DNA of 64,000 nt from Eremomyces bilateralis CBS 781.70. Lineage: Eukaryota. The stretch is from assembly GCA_010015585.1 (NCBI GenBank), contig ML975157.1. One strand, written 5' to 3'. Shown here one piece after another: positions 22,401-37,212 of the stretch; position 1 is the stretch's first letter; each line of letters begins with the position of its first letter. Under the pieces are notes generated by a model. The model ran no database searches. It had not been told where the DNA came from and was given only the letters and a program-made list of their open reading frames with translations. The translations under genes and the position numbers were made by a program.

Positions 22401-25400
22401 CCTGCAGAGTGTACGGAATATGCTGATAACGTTAGCGCAATGGCCATTGACATTTGGCCCAAGAATCAAAGGAGCACAGGGCATCAAGCTACGAGTAAGC
22501 ATAAAGCGCCCTGGCGTGCGACCTGTCGACCCAATGCGCCCCAAGTCCCAAACCAACCAAAGAATGCCTCCGCGGACATCAACATGGGGGTAGAATCGAA
22601 AATGGGAAAGGAGACGACTGGAAGCTCTGACCCGCAATCTCCTTTGCGCATCCACCATTGGTGGTTTCAAACACCAGAGGGCCGGGAGGCTTGATAGCAT
22701 CTCGATTTTGGCTGCACCATTGCCGTCGTCTTGAACTCATAGTGGGCACCTGCGGAGTGGCTTACAAGCAAACCGGTGAATGGTCAATTGACGGTTTGGT
22801 GCAGAGTCGCGAACTGTCGCTGGAGGCTTTTCGGAGACTATTTCGACGACTCGGTCCCTGTCGGGCGAGTGTCGGCCTGCCTCTCCCCAGTCTGCCCAAC
22901 TCCCAACTCCCAACACAGCGCACACCGCTGACAGCCTGGGGAAATGCACCGTCCGAAAAGGGATGCGCAAGTTTCTTATCCTGGAGCCAATCGTTGCTTG
23001 GTCTTTTGCGTTAAAATGCAAGCATGGACTATTTCTGATGCTGAATCCTGATGACAGGGACCAGCAGGCCGGTTCTGCTATCAAATGGATTGTGCGCTAT
23101 TGCATGACCTTTGCCTCTTCCGACATAAAACTTCAATTCAAGAGTCAAGACCCAAGATTTGTCAAACAAGCGCGTCTGCAACATTTATGAGCTCATGGTT
23201 ACATGCGGAAGGAGATGCTCCCGCGAATCATAGTGTGCTTCGCAACGGAATCACAGTTGCCCGACGCATGAAGTGGTCAAGCCTAAGGTCGACCGTTAGC
23301 AATTGGCATAAGCTGTCTTCCACAACCGTCGCACGCTAAGAAATGTAGCCTAACGAGTAAAGAGGCGTCAATATGCTTTTGAGTTGATACTGTATGCTGA
23401 GGCCTGTGCAGGACTGCAGGACTGCGGGAGCGGTGCGCCAGCCGCCAACAGGATGATCAAACGGCAGAGGATCGCCAGCGTTGTGGAACCGATATTCCGC
23501 GCTCTGAGATCTTATCGGGGAAACTGGTGGAGTGTGGACAAACACTGCCAATAATGGGAGGCGTATATCAGTGTCCCTGTTCTGACTTGACGACGCGACA
23601 GCCACAATACTTTTATCATAGGAAGCTTTTTTTTGAAGCACACCACGTCTAAGTCACGTAGACATAAGTGTCGCCTCAAATATTAGTCTTCACGGCCACT
23701 CTGGGGTGCCGGATGGCACCAAAGCAGCTCGCTTGCGAGTCGAGATACCCGCGCAGTCTGGATCCGCAATGTACAGCACAGCACATATGTGCAGCAATGC
23801 ATCATACCCTAGTCACCAGAGGGACATCAAAACTGCCGGTGGCCGGGTGATTAGTCTATCAGGCCTTGTTTCCGGTCTACTGGTCAATATCTCCGCAAAT
23901 GATATCTGCCAAGTGCCATCTGGACAGCAGCCATCCCTCCATCGGTCCATCAGTGTATGGCGCACAGTCCCCGTTTCTTGAGCAGCGCAAGGATTCCTCG
24001 ATCCAAATATGCCGACGACCCAAGAGGCGGAATTGTAAGACTGTCAACCGTCCAAACAGCCAGCATCAATTCCGCGTCGATGGTAACATCGATAAACTGC
24101 ATGTCTGCATCCCGTCACGCCCGAAAGCGGACTAGCGGGGTAACGGTGGCGCATCCGCTTTTGATCGCAAAACAAGGCGACGGGCTCAGTTAGGAAATGG
24201 AGTCATGGAGCCAGACGCGGGGGTGGGAGAGAAAGACTGCGTCGGCAGACGGGGCAGAGATTCGGTCGGGGAGCCGTGGAGAGCCCCCGGCGACGCGATG
24301 GCGGAACTGTGCATCTGATTCGAGGGCGGGTGGAAAACAAGCAGGGCGGGAGTGATGTGGCCAAGCGGTACAACAGCGAGCTAAACAAGAAACTCTGCAG
24401 GGAGCTGGACGCCATCACTTAGTGGTGAACTGGTGATGTTGGATGCAGGATGACAGGTCAGGGTGGTGGTGTGCTCACTGCTCGTCATGCTGGTTTGGGA
24501 CTTTTCCTTGAATGGAGGGGAAATCCTGCTGTTGAGGCAGGCTATCAGCCTTTTTACCTTGCTCACTGCTCACTGGCTCGGCTTACACAACTTGTGCACC
24601 TTATGATTCCAGGAATTAAGAGTTTGATGTTTTGATGTCTTTCCTACGCGTAGAATATTTCCCCAGTCAATCAACTAGGCACCTGCAAAACCCTAAGTCC
24701 CCAACGTCACAAGATCGGGCTAAAAGCGATGGTCTCGGGCTTAATCCAGGATCATGTTTCGGGCACTGTTTTCTTTTGTGATGATGGAATCATACATAGT
24801 TAGTAAATAGTAGTTAGTTAATACTTACTATTTACTCTTAGTTGTACCTACGGAGTAAAAAGCAGCGTAATATCTAGCGCCACCATCGAAAAGGCGAAAA
24901 CCAGCCTAGCAGAACGATTCCACATTCCAGTGGCCCAGTCCCCACCAACGGGCCGCGAAGAGCAGATCGGCAGATGGAAAGGTGCTGCGGTTGGTTGCCC
25001 TTCGGATTTTTTCGAGACTTCGGCGTCCGTGCTTTCAGGTGGGTTACGGAGATACGGAGTCGCGGAGAGAAAGAGGTGAGGTATTCGACCCGTTAGGAGC
25101 GGACTCAGAAGGGCGGGAGCTGTGACGAGAGGAATTTTTCCGCTGTGCGGGCTTGTGGATGGTTGTGTCTCGTTTAATGATCTGGTTGTTGTGAGTGGTG
25201 CAGGCCACTACTGATGCTGTGTCTACACTCTGGCGTCTTTGCACTCTGCAGCGACATGGAAGGATGGACTGGGGGATGACTTGGTTGACTCCTTAAGTTA
25301 GCCTCCCACTTAGGGCCTATATTGTGGGCTGTGGATGCAGCGGCCTTAATCGCCCTTGATTCCCAGAAAGTTGAAGCACTCGCTTCATTGCTTCATTGAA

Positions 25401-26985
25401 GGAAAAGAAAAGAATTCTAATGAGGGTCCAACCACCACTGCCGTACAGGCGGCCACTGGCTTCCCTTCCCCTAGTTAGGCTCCTGGCTCCAAAGCTTAAC
25501 TGGCTGATGGAGATACTGCCCAAGTGCCCATGCCCATACTGGTAACTGGGTACAAGAATGACTGGGGAAGCAGTATTCCGAAAGCCGCTAATGGAGGCCA
25601 TTGCAGAGCTAAAAGCGCCACTGTCGGGGGGAAGTGTGCATTAGCTTCAAGCCTATGATGTAAGATGTGCTCCTTAGCTTTTCCCTCTCCAGTCCCCAAT
25701 ATCTCTCTTCTCGCGCTGGCCGGTGTCTCGGTCGCGATGTCGCCTCCCTGAAATCCCTCCCTGAGTCCCTGTTCCGGGTTCCCTCTCCCTCAGCCCTTCT
25801 CCCTTTATTGTTTAGTGCCATATGCATCCCACAAGCCTCAACCTGCAACTCTCTTCAAGCCCCCAACACCACCCATGGCGTCCCCAAACAATTCAAATGC
25901 CGTTGACGAATGGGAATAGCCCTGTCTCAATCCTGGTCCATCCCTGCTCCGACCTCCATCGTATCGGCACATCTTACATGTAACTACTTTCTACCTGTAC
26001 CGACTACTGCTACGGTATCCAGCGTCCACACCGCGCAAATGCTCCAGTGTCCACTCTCTCGAATACCAGAATGACCGAATCCTCGAACCCAAGTCCCAAA
26101 CTGTCCCAAACTGTAATACCCAGTCCCATACTATTGCCCTCATACCACATATGATCCCATCTTTATCTTTATCTAACTCGCCTTTCCCCTCCTCTATTCC
26201 CTCCCTCAGATCTTCGTGTCTTCTTGCATCTCTTCGCTCCAACATAAATAAAGGTCACCTTTGATTCCCGACCATCATAGCAAAGATCAGCATTCATAGC
26301 TTTTTGCCCTCTCGAATACCGTATCCAACTACGTTTCAAAGTAGTCCCGATTCCTGCTGCGCCCACCGCATCTCACCTCTCTGGCCGTCCGATCACTGCC
26401 TCATCCTGCAAAGCGTCCTCCCGCTCATCCTACGGGTCCCAACCTTCCTCCGTAGTCAGCGTCCGTTGGTCGCTTTCAACCGAAAAACAGGACAAGCTGC
26501 ACCACCATTGATCGTGCTACGCTTCGACCGCTCACGAATCACGTTTTCCGGTTCCGACGAGAGCACGGGAGACCATCATCCCACGCTCCTGTTTTTGAAA
26601 CCGCCGAACAGGGACACCTCGTCATCACCACCCTGCTTGGGCCTGTCTCCTCCCTCCCTCTCACAAGACCCAACCCAAGCGCCAACTCTCCGTCTTGGAA
26701 ACTCTCCTTCCCTGTGGGGCAACCTAGCAGTCCGAGAAAGATCGGCATTCCGATTTTCTTAAGAAGCACTCGTGGTCCCGCTGGCTTCGTTCCTGGTCGG
26801 GTCGTCTCACGTCGGCATTACCGTATTGGCAAGACGTTTAAGAATCCTGCTGATCCCGCCCATCTCCCATCGTTGATCAACCTTGTATCCCCACGTTTTG
26901 CTTTCTAGAGCGCATGGGATTTTGAAACCAACGGTTTTTTTGACGTTCTGGCAATCGATCGCGAGTTGGGACTCCCGATTGATAC

Positions 26986-28168
26986 ATGATGGCGATGGCT
27001 GTTGACAACCGACAACAGTCGCACATGAGTGCGATGGACTATGAGAACATGCGCTACCCTCAACCTCAATTCAACAACCCGTGGGTGTCGGCCGCCGCCC
27101 CTTCGTCTCATCTCTATCACACATCGATCCCGCAGCATTCGGCGGCTGCGAATTCTTCGAATCCCCAACGACCGACCGCGATATCGCTGCCGTACAGCGT
27201 CCTCCCTGTCCCAGCACCTTCAATTGGATCAGGTATTCCTCTCTCCGACGGCCTCTACGATTCATCAAGCTCACTGGGAACCACCCCAGATCATCTCCTC
27301 AATAGTCAGAGGGCGTACGGGGGGCAGTATAGTGCTGCTGCCTCATCGTCCACCTTTGCTCCATCATCCATCCCCGCATCGTATCCCATGAATTATGGCT
27401 CGACCTCTGCTGCTCCTTACGGATTCCAAGACCCTGCAAGGCGATCGCCCAACCCGTCAGTACCTTCCATCTCCATCCTGGACACGGTCGACCCGGACTC
27501 CAGTGGCCCCCCCAGGACATCTGTTGACTTGACCAGGTTGAACGCCCAAGGGCAACGAAACAGCTTCAGTGAAGCGCTGGATGCCAGCCAAGGCATGCTC
27601 GCCATGAGCCAGAGTGACATTACTCCGCGGAACATCTATGGTGGGAACGGCCACCGCAATTCCACGGACTCCTATGGCTTCCCCTCCACGCACTCAACCC
27701 ACTCTTCTATCTCATCGGCCAGCTACAATCCGTCTTATTACAACGGATCTGTCACCGAATCATCCGTCACGGATTACAGCTCTGCCTCCGAGTCGGTGGA
27801 CATGAACCCGAGGACATTGCCGCGACCGTCGGCCATGATCGGCACCAATGTTCCCCCAGCACCGCAGTCGATGATGGGCCAGTTCAGCTCGAAGGTTTCG
27901 TCGAGCTCGCAGAAGAAGCACAAGTGCAAGGTCTGCGACAAGCGATTCACGCGCCCGAGTTCGTTGCAAACCCATATGTATAGCCACACTGGTGAAAAGC
28001 GTACGTCTTCCTGGTTCACATCATGACTCTGAAGCTAATCGTCGTGTAGCATTTGCGTGCGACTTTGAAGGATGTGGCCGTCATTTCTCCGTCGTTTCCA
28101 ATCTACGACGACACAGGAAAGTCCACAAGGGCCAAGATGACCAAGACCATCCCTCACCGGACGAGTAA
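26986..28168 (+). CDS. flbC: C2H2 zinc-finger developmental transcription factor FlbC/Fle1
   Basis: Exons 26986-28000 and 28050-28168. [58 protein letters not shown], plus N-terminal PQFNNPW and TPRNIYG..DSYGFPSTHS typical of FlbC. Confidence 0.92.
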
Positions 28169-31100
28169 TCGTCCACTGTTTTTGCTCAACTGTTTTACGA
28201 TTGTTTCCCCCCGAGGACCCGTTTTGGATCTTCATAATAGACTGGAGGTCTTGATGACTTCCGACCTAATGTCTCTCGCTACATATACTAATAGAGGAGC
28301 CTCGTCATAATATGACTGAACCTCGACCGGTCGCTACTGATACCCCCTTATTTGGTCTAGTACTCATTTCTGGATGACGGATATTCTCATTGCGTGGACC
28401 TCGCAACGACTGGACATGACTTTTTCCGTCGGACTACTTCCTGGGCCTTGGTCACGGTTTTTACCGGGTGCTTTGTCTGTCACCCCTGTATTACTACTCA
28501 GATGGTTTTGCGTTTCACACGGACAATGGAGACGCCCAGGAGATCGGGATTCCCGGACATTTCCATGTACACTTTTTTTCTAGACCTGACAGGGCAAGGA
28601 GTTGTCGCGTCGAAGAATGGGACGATCGGATGGCTTTCTGTGCTCGGCACAATTGTACTTCTAGTCTCTCACTGATGGGAAGGGACCCCGTCCGTTCGCG
28701 GCTGCCGAACGACGGACTTGGCAGGTCGCAAGACGGAGACCGTCTCCTCGAATTTGCACCCGAATTTGGACCGTGCATTTTTGGTTTACATTGGTTTGCG
28801 TTTGTTTTTTTCTGCCGAGAAGAGGCTTTTCGATCTTAAAGATCTTTTGTACGATAGGGAACAAATGGCGGTAGATCTTTTGGTTTCGTCGCTTGGTGGA
28901 GTGGTGCATGTACCCTGCCTGCTTGACCATCAAAAAGCTTGCGGATGATGCTTCATGGACCATGGTCAATTCGTGGAAGATGGAGTAGCACCACTATGAT
29001 TGTTACAAAGCTACCTTAGATACGGCGACTTATGGACGACAGGAGAGTGTGCCTCCCTGTTGTCGACACTCGTTTGAGAATAATAATGGCACTCTATGAC
29101 AACGCGGTCCGTCCCACATCCAACTGCAACTTCATCTATTCTGCAATCTACGTCTGCGACACCAAGTCGGTCATCGATTTTCGTTCCACAACATATGTGC
29201 TGGGCAACTAGGCATTTCATCATGGAGTCGTGGTCTGCATCATATACACAATCGCTGGCTCCCGAAGAATTCGCCACGATGAGGGGAATACCCTCGTCCC
29301 ACGATGTTTGAGCGTACCGTCAGTCACTGTGCCAGACAACCGACAAACCGCGCAACGCCAGGCGTTTTAACTGAACTCTCACTTAATAATTGATACTATC
29401 ATTGCTTGGACCCCGAAAAATCGGTACAAATCTCCTACTCTTCACGGCAACGGCGCCTACAGCCTGATGCGTGACGCTGACAGGCCCAACTTCTAACTAA
29501 TACTCCGAGCAATATCCAGGAAACATGGCGGCGTGCCTTCATTGGGGTCGTCTTTTTCCCGACGCTCACAACCATCGTCATCGTGACCTTGGAAGTTGGA
29601 ACCACCGCGCCGGCTAAAAGCGAATCACGGGCGTCCGCGACCTCGGCAGGAGGGCTAGCAAACTTGTGGAATGTGGACTCATGCCCTCATGGACCTGCGG
29701 GTCTATCTCCCCTTCCAGAAAAGGGAGATGGACTGATGGAAGCACGAAGGACAAGACGAAACGGCTAACACGATGCAGGGTCGTTCACGGTTCCGCTCAG
29801 GCTGATACCGCTGATTGCTTCGGCTGTAATTTTTGCGACCGTCCTTGGGGCTTGGACGCCGTGGAGCTTGGGGATGGATTAATGAATTATCTATCCGCAA
29901 TAGGGGTTGCTGGGTTGTTGGTTGACGCTTGATGAACCCTGCGAAGAGTTGAGGATCCTGGATCCTGGATAGTGACTTAGGGATAAGGGATAGAGGCAAA
30001 TCGCACATACATCCCTTCACCCTTGCCTTCTTACTATGTACGTACAGACTTGCACCCTGCTCCATGGTCCCACTGTCGTCATCAACGTGGACCTTTGGAG
30101 TTTGGACGTCAGGATTTCTTTTTCGGGTTCCCGCGATGTTACAGACAAGCCGAAACAACACGATCGGATTCCCCACAACGGCCTCAAATATACACCTCAA
30201 GTCTCACCGATAGGGGGGAAAGTATTACCGGGAGGAAAATCCGCATCCGTCAGGCGGGACCCCGATAATACGGGGACGAAAAAAGCACAACGCATCAAAA
30301 AATCCTCGACCCGTTCCACTAAGCTGAAACACGACACGGACGCACACCACTCCAACCTATCCCCGTCGCCTGTCATCTAGTGACGTCCTATGTGCAGTGG
30401 CAGCGAATAAAAGGGGATGCGGGTCGGCCGTATTCTTTCCAACCCCCCTGGAGGCTGGGACAGGCGACAGCACTTTGGGACCCGTGGATTCGCGGGGGAG
30501 CAGGCTGGGACCTGGGTCGACGAACAAGGTCGAAACGGGGACCGGACTGAAGCTGTTTGCAGGCCACGATATAGTTTGATGACCGATGACTGACAGTGAT
30601 GAGGGAGTGATCAATTCTCCGGCACTCTCGCTGCGCACACCAGCTGCTGGGCACTGTGTACTGGGTACATGTAAGTACTTATAATAAGGTAGTGTACAGT
30701 ATTATAGTACTGTAACATCGATTAAGTCACACATATATCATATACCCCGCCAAGCATGCCCAAAGTGCAGACAGAAGCGACAACGAACAGAAGTCCCAGC
30801 AGCCTCTGATGACTCCCACACCTCCCGTCCTCGCGTCTGCTGCCCAGTTAGAATTTCTGTTGGCAATTGCCGACCCCAGCCACAATCCCTACCGACCCCC
30901 AACGCCTCAAACACCAATTCCTCTCCCACCCCGCCAATCACCGCCTCTCCGCGGAGCGGACCCATGGGTTCGTGCACACACCGTCCCACACCCTTGTGCA
31001 GGACCCTGTTGCTGCTGATGTCAATGGCGCAAGCTAGTCCGACGCTACGCTGGCAGGGCTGTGTGGGTGGTGGATTTCACTATTTCAGTGGTGGACTGGT

Positions 31101-34100
31101 GGGTAGACCCTGATCGGCGAAACGAGCTTGCGGAATTGCCGTGAGCATTGCAAGGACCAAGGAACTTAGGCAGACAAGCACTCACTCTCTATCAAGCTGG
31201 GCGGAATTAATGGTTAGGGAATGGGGATGACTGCAGAGTTCAGGAGGTCGAGTGTCATCGTGACCTAGTTCAGGTCACGTTTCTGAGATAAGATTGTGAG
31301 AGAGCGCCCTTTGCCTTTTCCCGAGCCCTTCACGACACCTTCGCGTAATTCAACGGCCAGTCAGCACTCACCGCCCATCGGGCCTGCAGGCAGAAATCGG
31401 AATCCCCGTTTGCTGGGCGGGAACCATGTCACATCTCGCGTTTCCGCAGGTGGGACAACTTCCGCTCGGAAATGTCTTCGCTTCAGAAGCCCGCTGGGCA
31501 TCAACGCAAGCGCAGAGCACAGCATATCGATGCGCTACGCGTATAATTTGGATGGTAGCACACGACGAGCGGAAACCGAAATTCTGACCTCTTCTTCGGA
31601 ATCGCGCTCCTTGTTTTGGCCGTGTGATAGAATACTTAATGATTCGGTTGAGGGTCGAGATGGAAGCTTGGTGTCCGAATGTCTACGCGTGCGAGGTCGG
31701 TTCCGCTCTGCACAGGCGGAGCGGAGCTTTGGCTCCGCTCCCCTCAAACGTCACTGCACAGCAATGTCACAGAATCATATTCACTCTAAGGCCCAGATCC
31801 TCCTCCTGTGTTCATTCGACCTTGCCAGCGTACTTTCGAGGACTACAAGCCTGTTTCCCTTTTTCCTACTAATTGATTGTTTTGTCCATTTATCCCGCAA
31901 GTCCTATTCCCAGCACAGTGTATCCCGAGTGGAAAGCAGAAAATTACAACCATAGTAGACTGTGATCGGTAGTCCTCGGTCAAACTCGGTCTCCACCTCT
32001 TCCTAACAGTCGTCTAGTTAACCTATCGTTGGTGGAGCTTCTCCTTTTCTCGATCTCGCAACCAGACTGACTGGATTCGTATACCTGGAAAACTTGGAAG
32101 CAGGTTACATCGCAGATGTCTCCTCTCACACCTGACAGCGCTTGCGAACTCGACACCTACAAGCATGTCTAAATGACGAAAGGCATAACATCATCAAACC
32201 ATGAAGAAAGTTCGCGATAATGCAGGGTCCTGGCACCGAACATGGTCAAGATCTGCAGCCGAAGGGAAACAAGCGCCAATGACTGCGATCTCGAGCGACG
32301 ATCATCTCCTTAATATCCTCATCCTACATGGCGGGGACCAATACCCGCATAGAATCCAATCAAGCCAGTGCCATGCTTCCCTGGATCTCTGCAGAAGTTA
32401 GATCACGAGAGATGCGCGTATGCCCTCTGCGGTCTGCACCCTTAGTGATTCACCGTCTACACTGCGATAGAATACCGCATATCTGAGGTATGCCGTCGAG
32501 AGAGAGGGCATGATGTGCTCCGTGACAATGTAGACTTGGGCGAATCGTCAAGTTCAGTTGAATGAGTGAATATACCTCATTATCGGGCCGGGGCTCTGCC
32601 TCTGGAATGGATAGCGTGGCAAATGCTGGCCGCTCCATAGCGCTGAACTCAAAGAATGGAGATACTCAATAGTGGCGATGACATGATCTGACTGTAACTA
32701 GGGCTTCTCTGGCACCTTATGCGACTCAGCCTAGAGGTATCGCCGAGGGACATAGTTGATGGTCGGACGGCTCGAATCTCGCATGCTGACTTCCTTGAGG
32801 TCCTTCTCTTTGCCCCTTTCCACACAGCCTGCTTCGGCTAGGGTTGAGTGTGCTGACTGCTGACTGCTAGCCGCTGGGTCTTATTCCATCCATGCTGGAC
32901 CACCTTCGAAGGCCGACTTCACGGCGACGAGGAGTATTGCGTGATCTCTTGATATGATTACTCCTTGTGGTCCGTTGCGTCCTCCTCGACGCATTGAGAA
33001 TTCGAGTTCAAGGCGGCAGCGCTCAAAGAAGGGCGGACTGGCTGGTCCCGATCAACTTTGAGAAGGTCGTTTTTATGTTGCTTTTTGTTCAAGGTGCAGC
33101 CCGCTCATACCGCAGAGGCCAGGTTCGGATGCAGCTAGGGCTACAGTTGAGGAATGCCACTGGCATTCTGCCCCTGGCGATGACTGCTCGCGAAATTGAC
33201 GGTTGTGCCTGCTCTGATGAACTGAGTGAGTGCTCGGAATCGCTGAGCATAGATGTAAATGAGCAGGAGATGAGCCCTGATAGAAGCAGTTCATTGGACT
33301 GACTCTTGGGCAGCTCTCGCTCTCGTGAGTCGTGATGTTGTTCGCGTGGCACTCATGGAGCATTGGCTAGATTATCACGCGAACGACGGGGAACCGTTTT
33401 TACCATTCGTACTGCTACAGGAGACGAGGCTGGTCATTTCGGACGTCCTGCGCTGTGATATTTGGAAGGAAGGTGTTGTTTCCCCAGCTGGCACTCACCA
33501 CAGCTTTCGTGAGACAAGGACAGTAGGCAATGGGTTCCTTTGATTCGATTCAGAAAATCTGGCAATGATTCTCCATTAGGCATACTGTTATATCATCGGG
33601 CTCTGCCTTTGCATATATGCCAATCGTTGTCCGCAGTAATCCGACCTGTTCCATTCTCTATTAACCAAGGTTGGCGTCCTTGACCTCTCTACGTACATCG
33701 ATATCCTCCCATAATAACCTCTAGACACCTCGGGCATTAGATTTTCCCTCGTACTCTCTTTCCACTCCGTACGTGCATCGCGGGAGAGCGGATGGCGCCA
33801 TTGATATTCTCAAATTGGGTCCTCTGCAGGCTATGGGGTTTTCTCGAGTCGCCAGCCGCGGTCCCTCTAGACTCGATGTTTCCGTGCACTGTCGTCGTTG
33901 ATGAGCCTGCTCTGATATGTTTGGGGAGAAGCATCCCCTCGGACCTGTTTTCGAAGCCGAAGTCCCAATCCTCGGTCTCTATCTCACAAATCCAGACAGG
34001 AACTTAGCCCCGATAATAGTTGGACACCAAACCGCAGTCGCATTGGTAGCCATACGTCTCGATAGGATACCGACCTCGAAGATAGAACTCGGTAAGGCAC

Positions 34101-34692
34101 AATTCCGTGCCTGCGCTGCTGGCATGTGGATTTTGTGCGGTACTCTAGAGATGGTGCCCTGGTGCCCTGGTGCCTAGGAACCGACGTGTCCTGAACGTAT
34201 TGATGACAGAAGTCCATCAGTACGCCGTTCGAGTTTTTGAGAGCGAGTCGTTCATGAAAGTTGTCCCATCTGAGTCTCAAAAGAGGAATAGAGATAGCGG
34301 GATATAGGACTCGTTTAAGACGTAGAATATAGAAATCTCGAATTTCGATTCAGCTCTGGCGATCGGGAAAGAGTATGTCGGTCCAGGACGTCGCACGAAA
34401 GTCCGAACGATGCTAAGTTCTGAATATGCTGCCCTCCTAAGAAGGTCGAAGGAGAATGGTTGTGGAGGCACAACTTAGAGGATGCAATCCGTCCTATTTC
34501 CTTCATGAAGGTCCTCTCAAACTTTCAAGGACCATGTGAACTGAACCAGGAGACCTTCTTCCCATATAACAACAACAAAGGCTTTTGTCAGGAGTCTTCA
34601 GAAGAACCGCCTAGAGGAGTATATGGCCGATAAACACCGAACGCCACCGCTGTGCTTTTCAAACGTTTCTCATAAATGGGGTACACTGTCCG

Positions 34693-35389
34693 TCAGTCCC
34701 GGCCGTACGTGATCTTTCCCCTCTTCGCCGGCTTGCTATCGGTATCATCGTCGTCCGTGGCAGCCTTCTTCTTCTTACTCGTGCCAGATTTGTTGCCGGC
34801 ACCAGTACTGGTCGGAGTGGGATGGTTGCTCTCTCGTGCGTTATGCGGGAAGCTAGAGTTTGGTGTGGCGGCGTGTGATGGAGTCGTCTGAGTGGATGGA
34901 GCTGGAGAGTCCTGGTGTCGCCGAAGATGGCGCGTATTAGCACGGGGTAACCGCAATGATCGGCGTGAGCATCTCATGGCTGCAACTCACTCGATTGTAT
35001 ACGGCCGAGCTTCGACTGAAAACGCGATCTTGCTCTGTGATACCGCCTTTTCTCCGCGTTGCGGTGCCTGCTCCTGTTGATGCCACGCCACCGCCGGACG
35101 ATCCTTTGATGTAGTTGTCAAAGCCTTTGATGATATTACCGGCGGTCGTTTCTTCCAGGTAGGACGTTTCGACCTTGAAGATGTTCTCCTCGAGACTTTG
35201 CTGGGAGTCGGTTAGCTTCTGGAGTTGCAACGGTGACCCTTGAAGGCCTCCCGAACTCACGAGGTTCTGATCTAACGATCGCTTCTTGTTCAGAGCTCCT
35301 CGCAACTCTCGCCTCAGTTTCTCATAGTATGGCATTCCACGCGACGCATCGGTGGAGCCGTTCGTGGTCGGCGGCGCGTTTTCCGACAT
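34693..35389 (-). CDS. EAF6: NuA4/NuA3 histone acetyltransferase complex subunit Eaf6
   Basis: GMPYYEKLRRELR, LEENIFKVETSYLEETTAGNIIKGFDNYIK, DRVFSRSS. Two introns; basic C-terminus KRGKITYGRD*. Confidence 0.93.
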
Positions 35390-35809
35390 CTTGGAATTTT
35401 ATCGTAGCCGAACAAGCATCTAACCTCCCAGCCAAGCGCAGGTGTTCTATAACTAGACGGTTGATATACAGTTGTTACACGGATGGCGAACCGGACGTGA
35501 TGAACAAACGCGGTTGAGAAGCCGCAAGGCGACAAGGCCAGAATAAAGCAGTGATAAGGCACCAATACGCGAAGTGGAAGTTACGCATGAGACATGGGTC
35601 GTTCTTTCCCCACCAACCACAACACACGTTAGCAAGTGTAGAACATCAAGGAAGGCAAACCATCACCAGAATCTACTGTATCTCCATAATCTATCACAGC
35701 ACATCTACCAAGTCACAGCAATCAGGTTCCCTCTTTCGTTCCTTCATTCCTATCTCCTGACCAACCCCGCTGACACCCTCGTTTGCCCTCTGCAGGCGAC
35801 TTGGAAGCC

Positions 35810-36757
35810 ATGGACAAGAAGGAGATTGAACTCAAGGGCAAGGCGATCAACAAGGCCGTTGCGGGACAAGATGCACCATCCACCGTCATCGACATCCTCA
35901 GTCAGCTTCGGAAAGGCGTGGAAGCCACCGAAGACATCTTGCGATCCACCAAGATCGGCGTGACCATCAACCGGTTACGGCAGAACAAGGACCCCAACGT
36001 TGCGACGCAAGCCTCTGAGCTGGTATCGAAATGGAAGTCGGATATCAAAAAGGCTGGCTCAGGCCCCTCCACCCCCAAAATCTCCAACGGGACCGCTTCC
36101 CCCGCACCACCCCCATCATCCTCGCAGCCGAAACTGAAACAGAAGCATGATATTGCGCCAGACAAGCGGAACTCGAAGTCCGATAACGTCAGTACCCAGG
36201 TTACCGGCAACTCGACGCGCGACAATTGCGTCAAACTAATGTACGATGGGCTGGCGCATATGTCTGAAAAGTGTGAGTTTACCCGGGAGCATCAACTGAA
36301 GGTGCCCCATCGCTAATAGTGAGCTCTAGTGCCATCGGAAGTTCTGCGCATCGCCAGGGAGGTCGAAGAGGCCGCGTACAAGGAGTTCGGACCCGAGACA
36401 TCGGATGCCTATAAGACCAAGATGCGGTCCCTCTACCAGAACCTAAAGAACAAATCCAACCCCGGCCTCCGCGTGCGCGTCCTTTCAGGGAACGTGACGC
36501 CCGCGCGATTTGTGGTCATGACCTACGACGAACTCAAGTCCGACGAGCGACGAGCCGAGGATGCGGCCTTGCAGAAGGAGAACCTGAACAAGGCCATGGT
36601 GGCGCAGGAGGAGAAGAGCATCAGCACAAGTTTAACGTGCGGCAAATGCAGTCAGAAGAAGGTCAGCTACAGTCAAGCGCAGACGAGGAGTGCCGACGAA
36701 CCGATGACGACGTTTTGCGAGTGCATGAACTGCGGTCACCGGTGGAAGTTCTCGTGA
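35810..36757 (+). CDS. DST1: Transcription elongation factor TFIIS
   Basis: LRSTKIGVTIN..ELVSKWK (domain I), YKTKMRSLYQNLKNKSNPGLR, zinc ribbon CGKC..QTRSADEPMTTFCECMNC. Intron about 36272-36329; probable 5'UTR intron ending at 35795. Confidence 0.96.
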
Positions 36758-37212
36758 TCGGTCGAGCGCGCATTTAATGAAATGCGCATCAGCCTCGTTA
36801 TTGCCACCGGATTTGGCGTGGGTATGTGTTAAGGCGCTCGCATGGACACTCGGATAGGAAATACTGGAACTTAGTAGGGCGATTCCCATCAGGCGCGGTC
36901 GGGTTTCAAGGAGGATCTTTCTATCCAGCCGGGAAGGGCTCGGCCTCAGATTTAACATATTCTGAATTGTACGATACTGATTCGCCATGAAAACTCATGG
37001 TATATGATAGCACTATTATGCAAGAAGTAATTAACAGTAGTAGCTTAAACGAGATGATCACTGGCGACGGTGCTTGTAGTTTGACTCCTCAACCATCGGG
37101 ATAATCCCTGTTATCGATTTCGCCCTCATTAAGCATCCTATCATTGTCGTTAACCACCCCCCGAATCCATATCTCGGCCCGACCATCATCTTGACGATTT
37201 TCATTCATCCAC

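Noticed and set aside
11600..26900. Possible Starship element associated with the 5S genes
   Set aside because: Both 5S copies are intact rather than split, and no DUF3435 captain or typical cargo ORF could be recognised.
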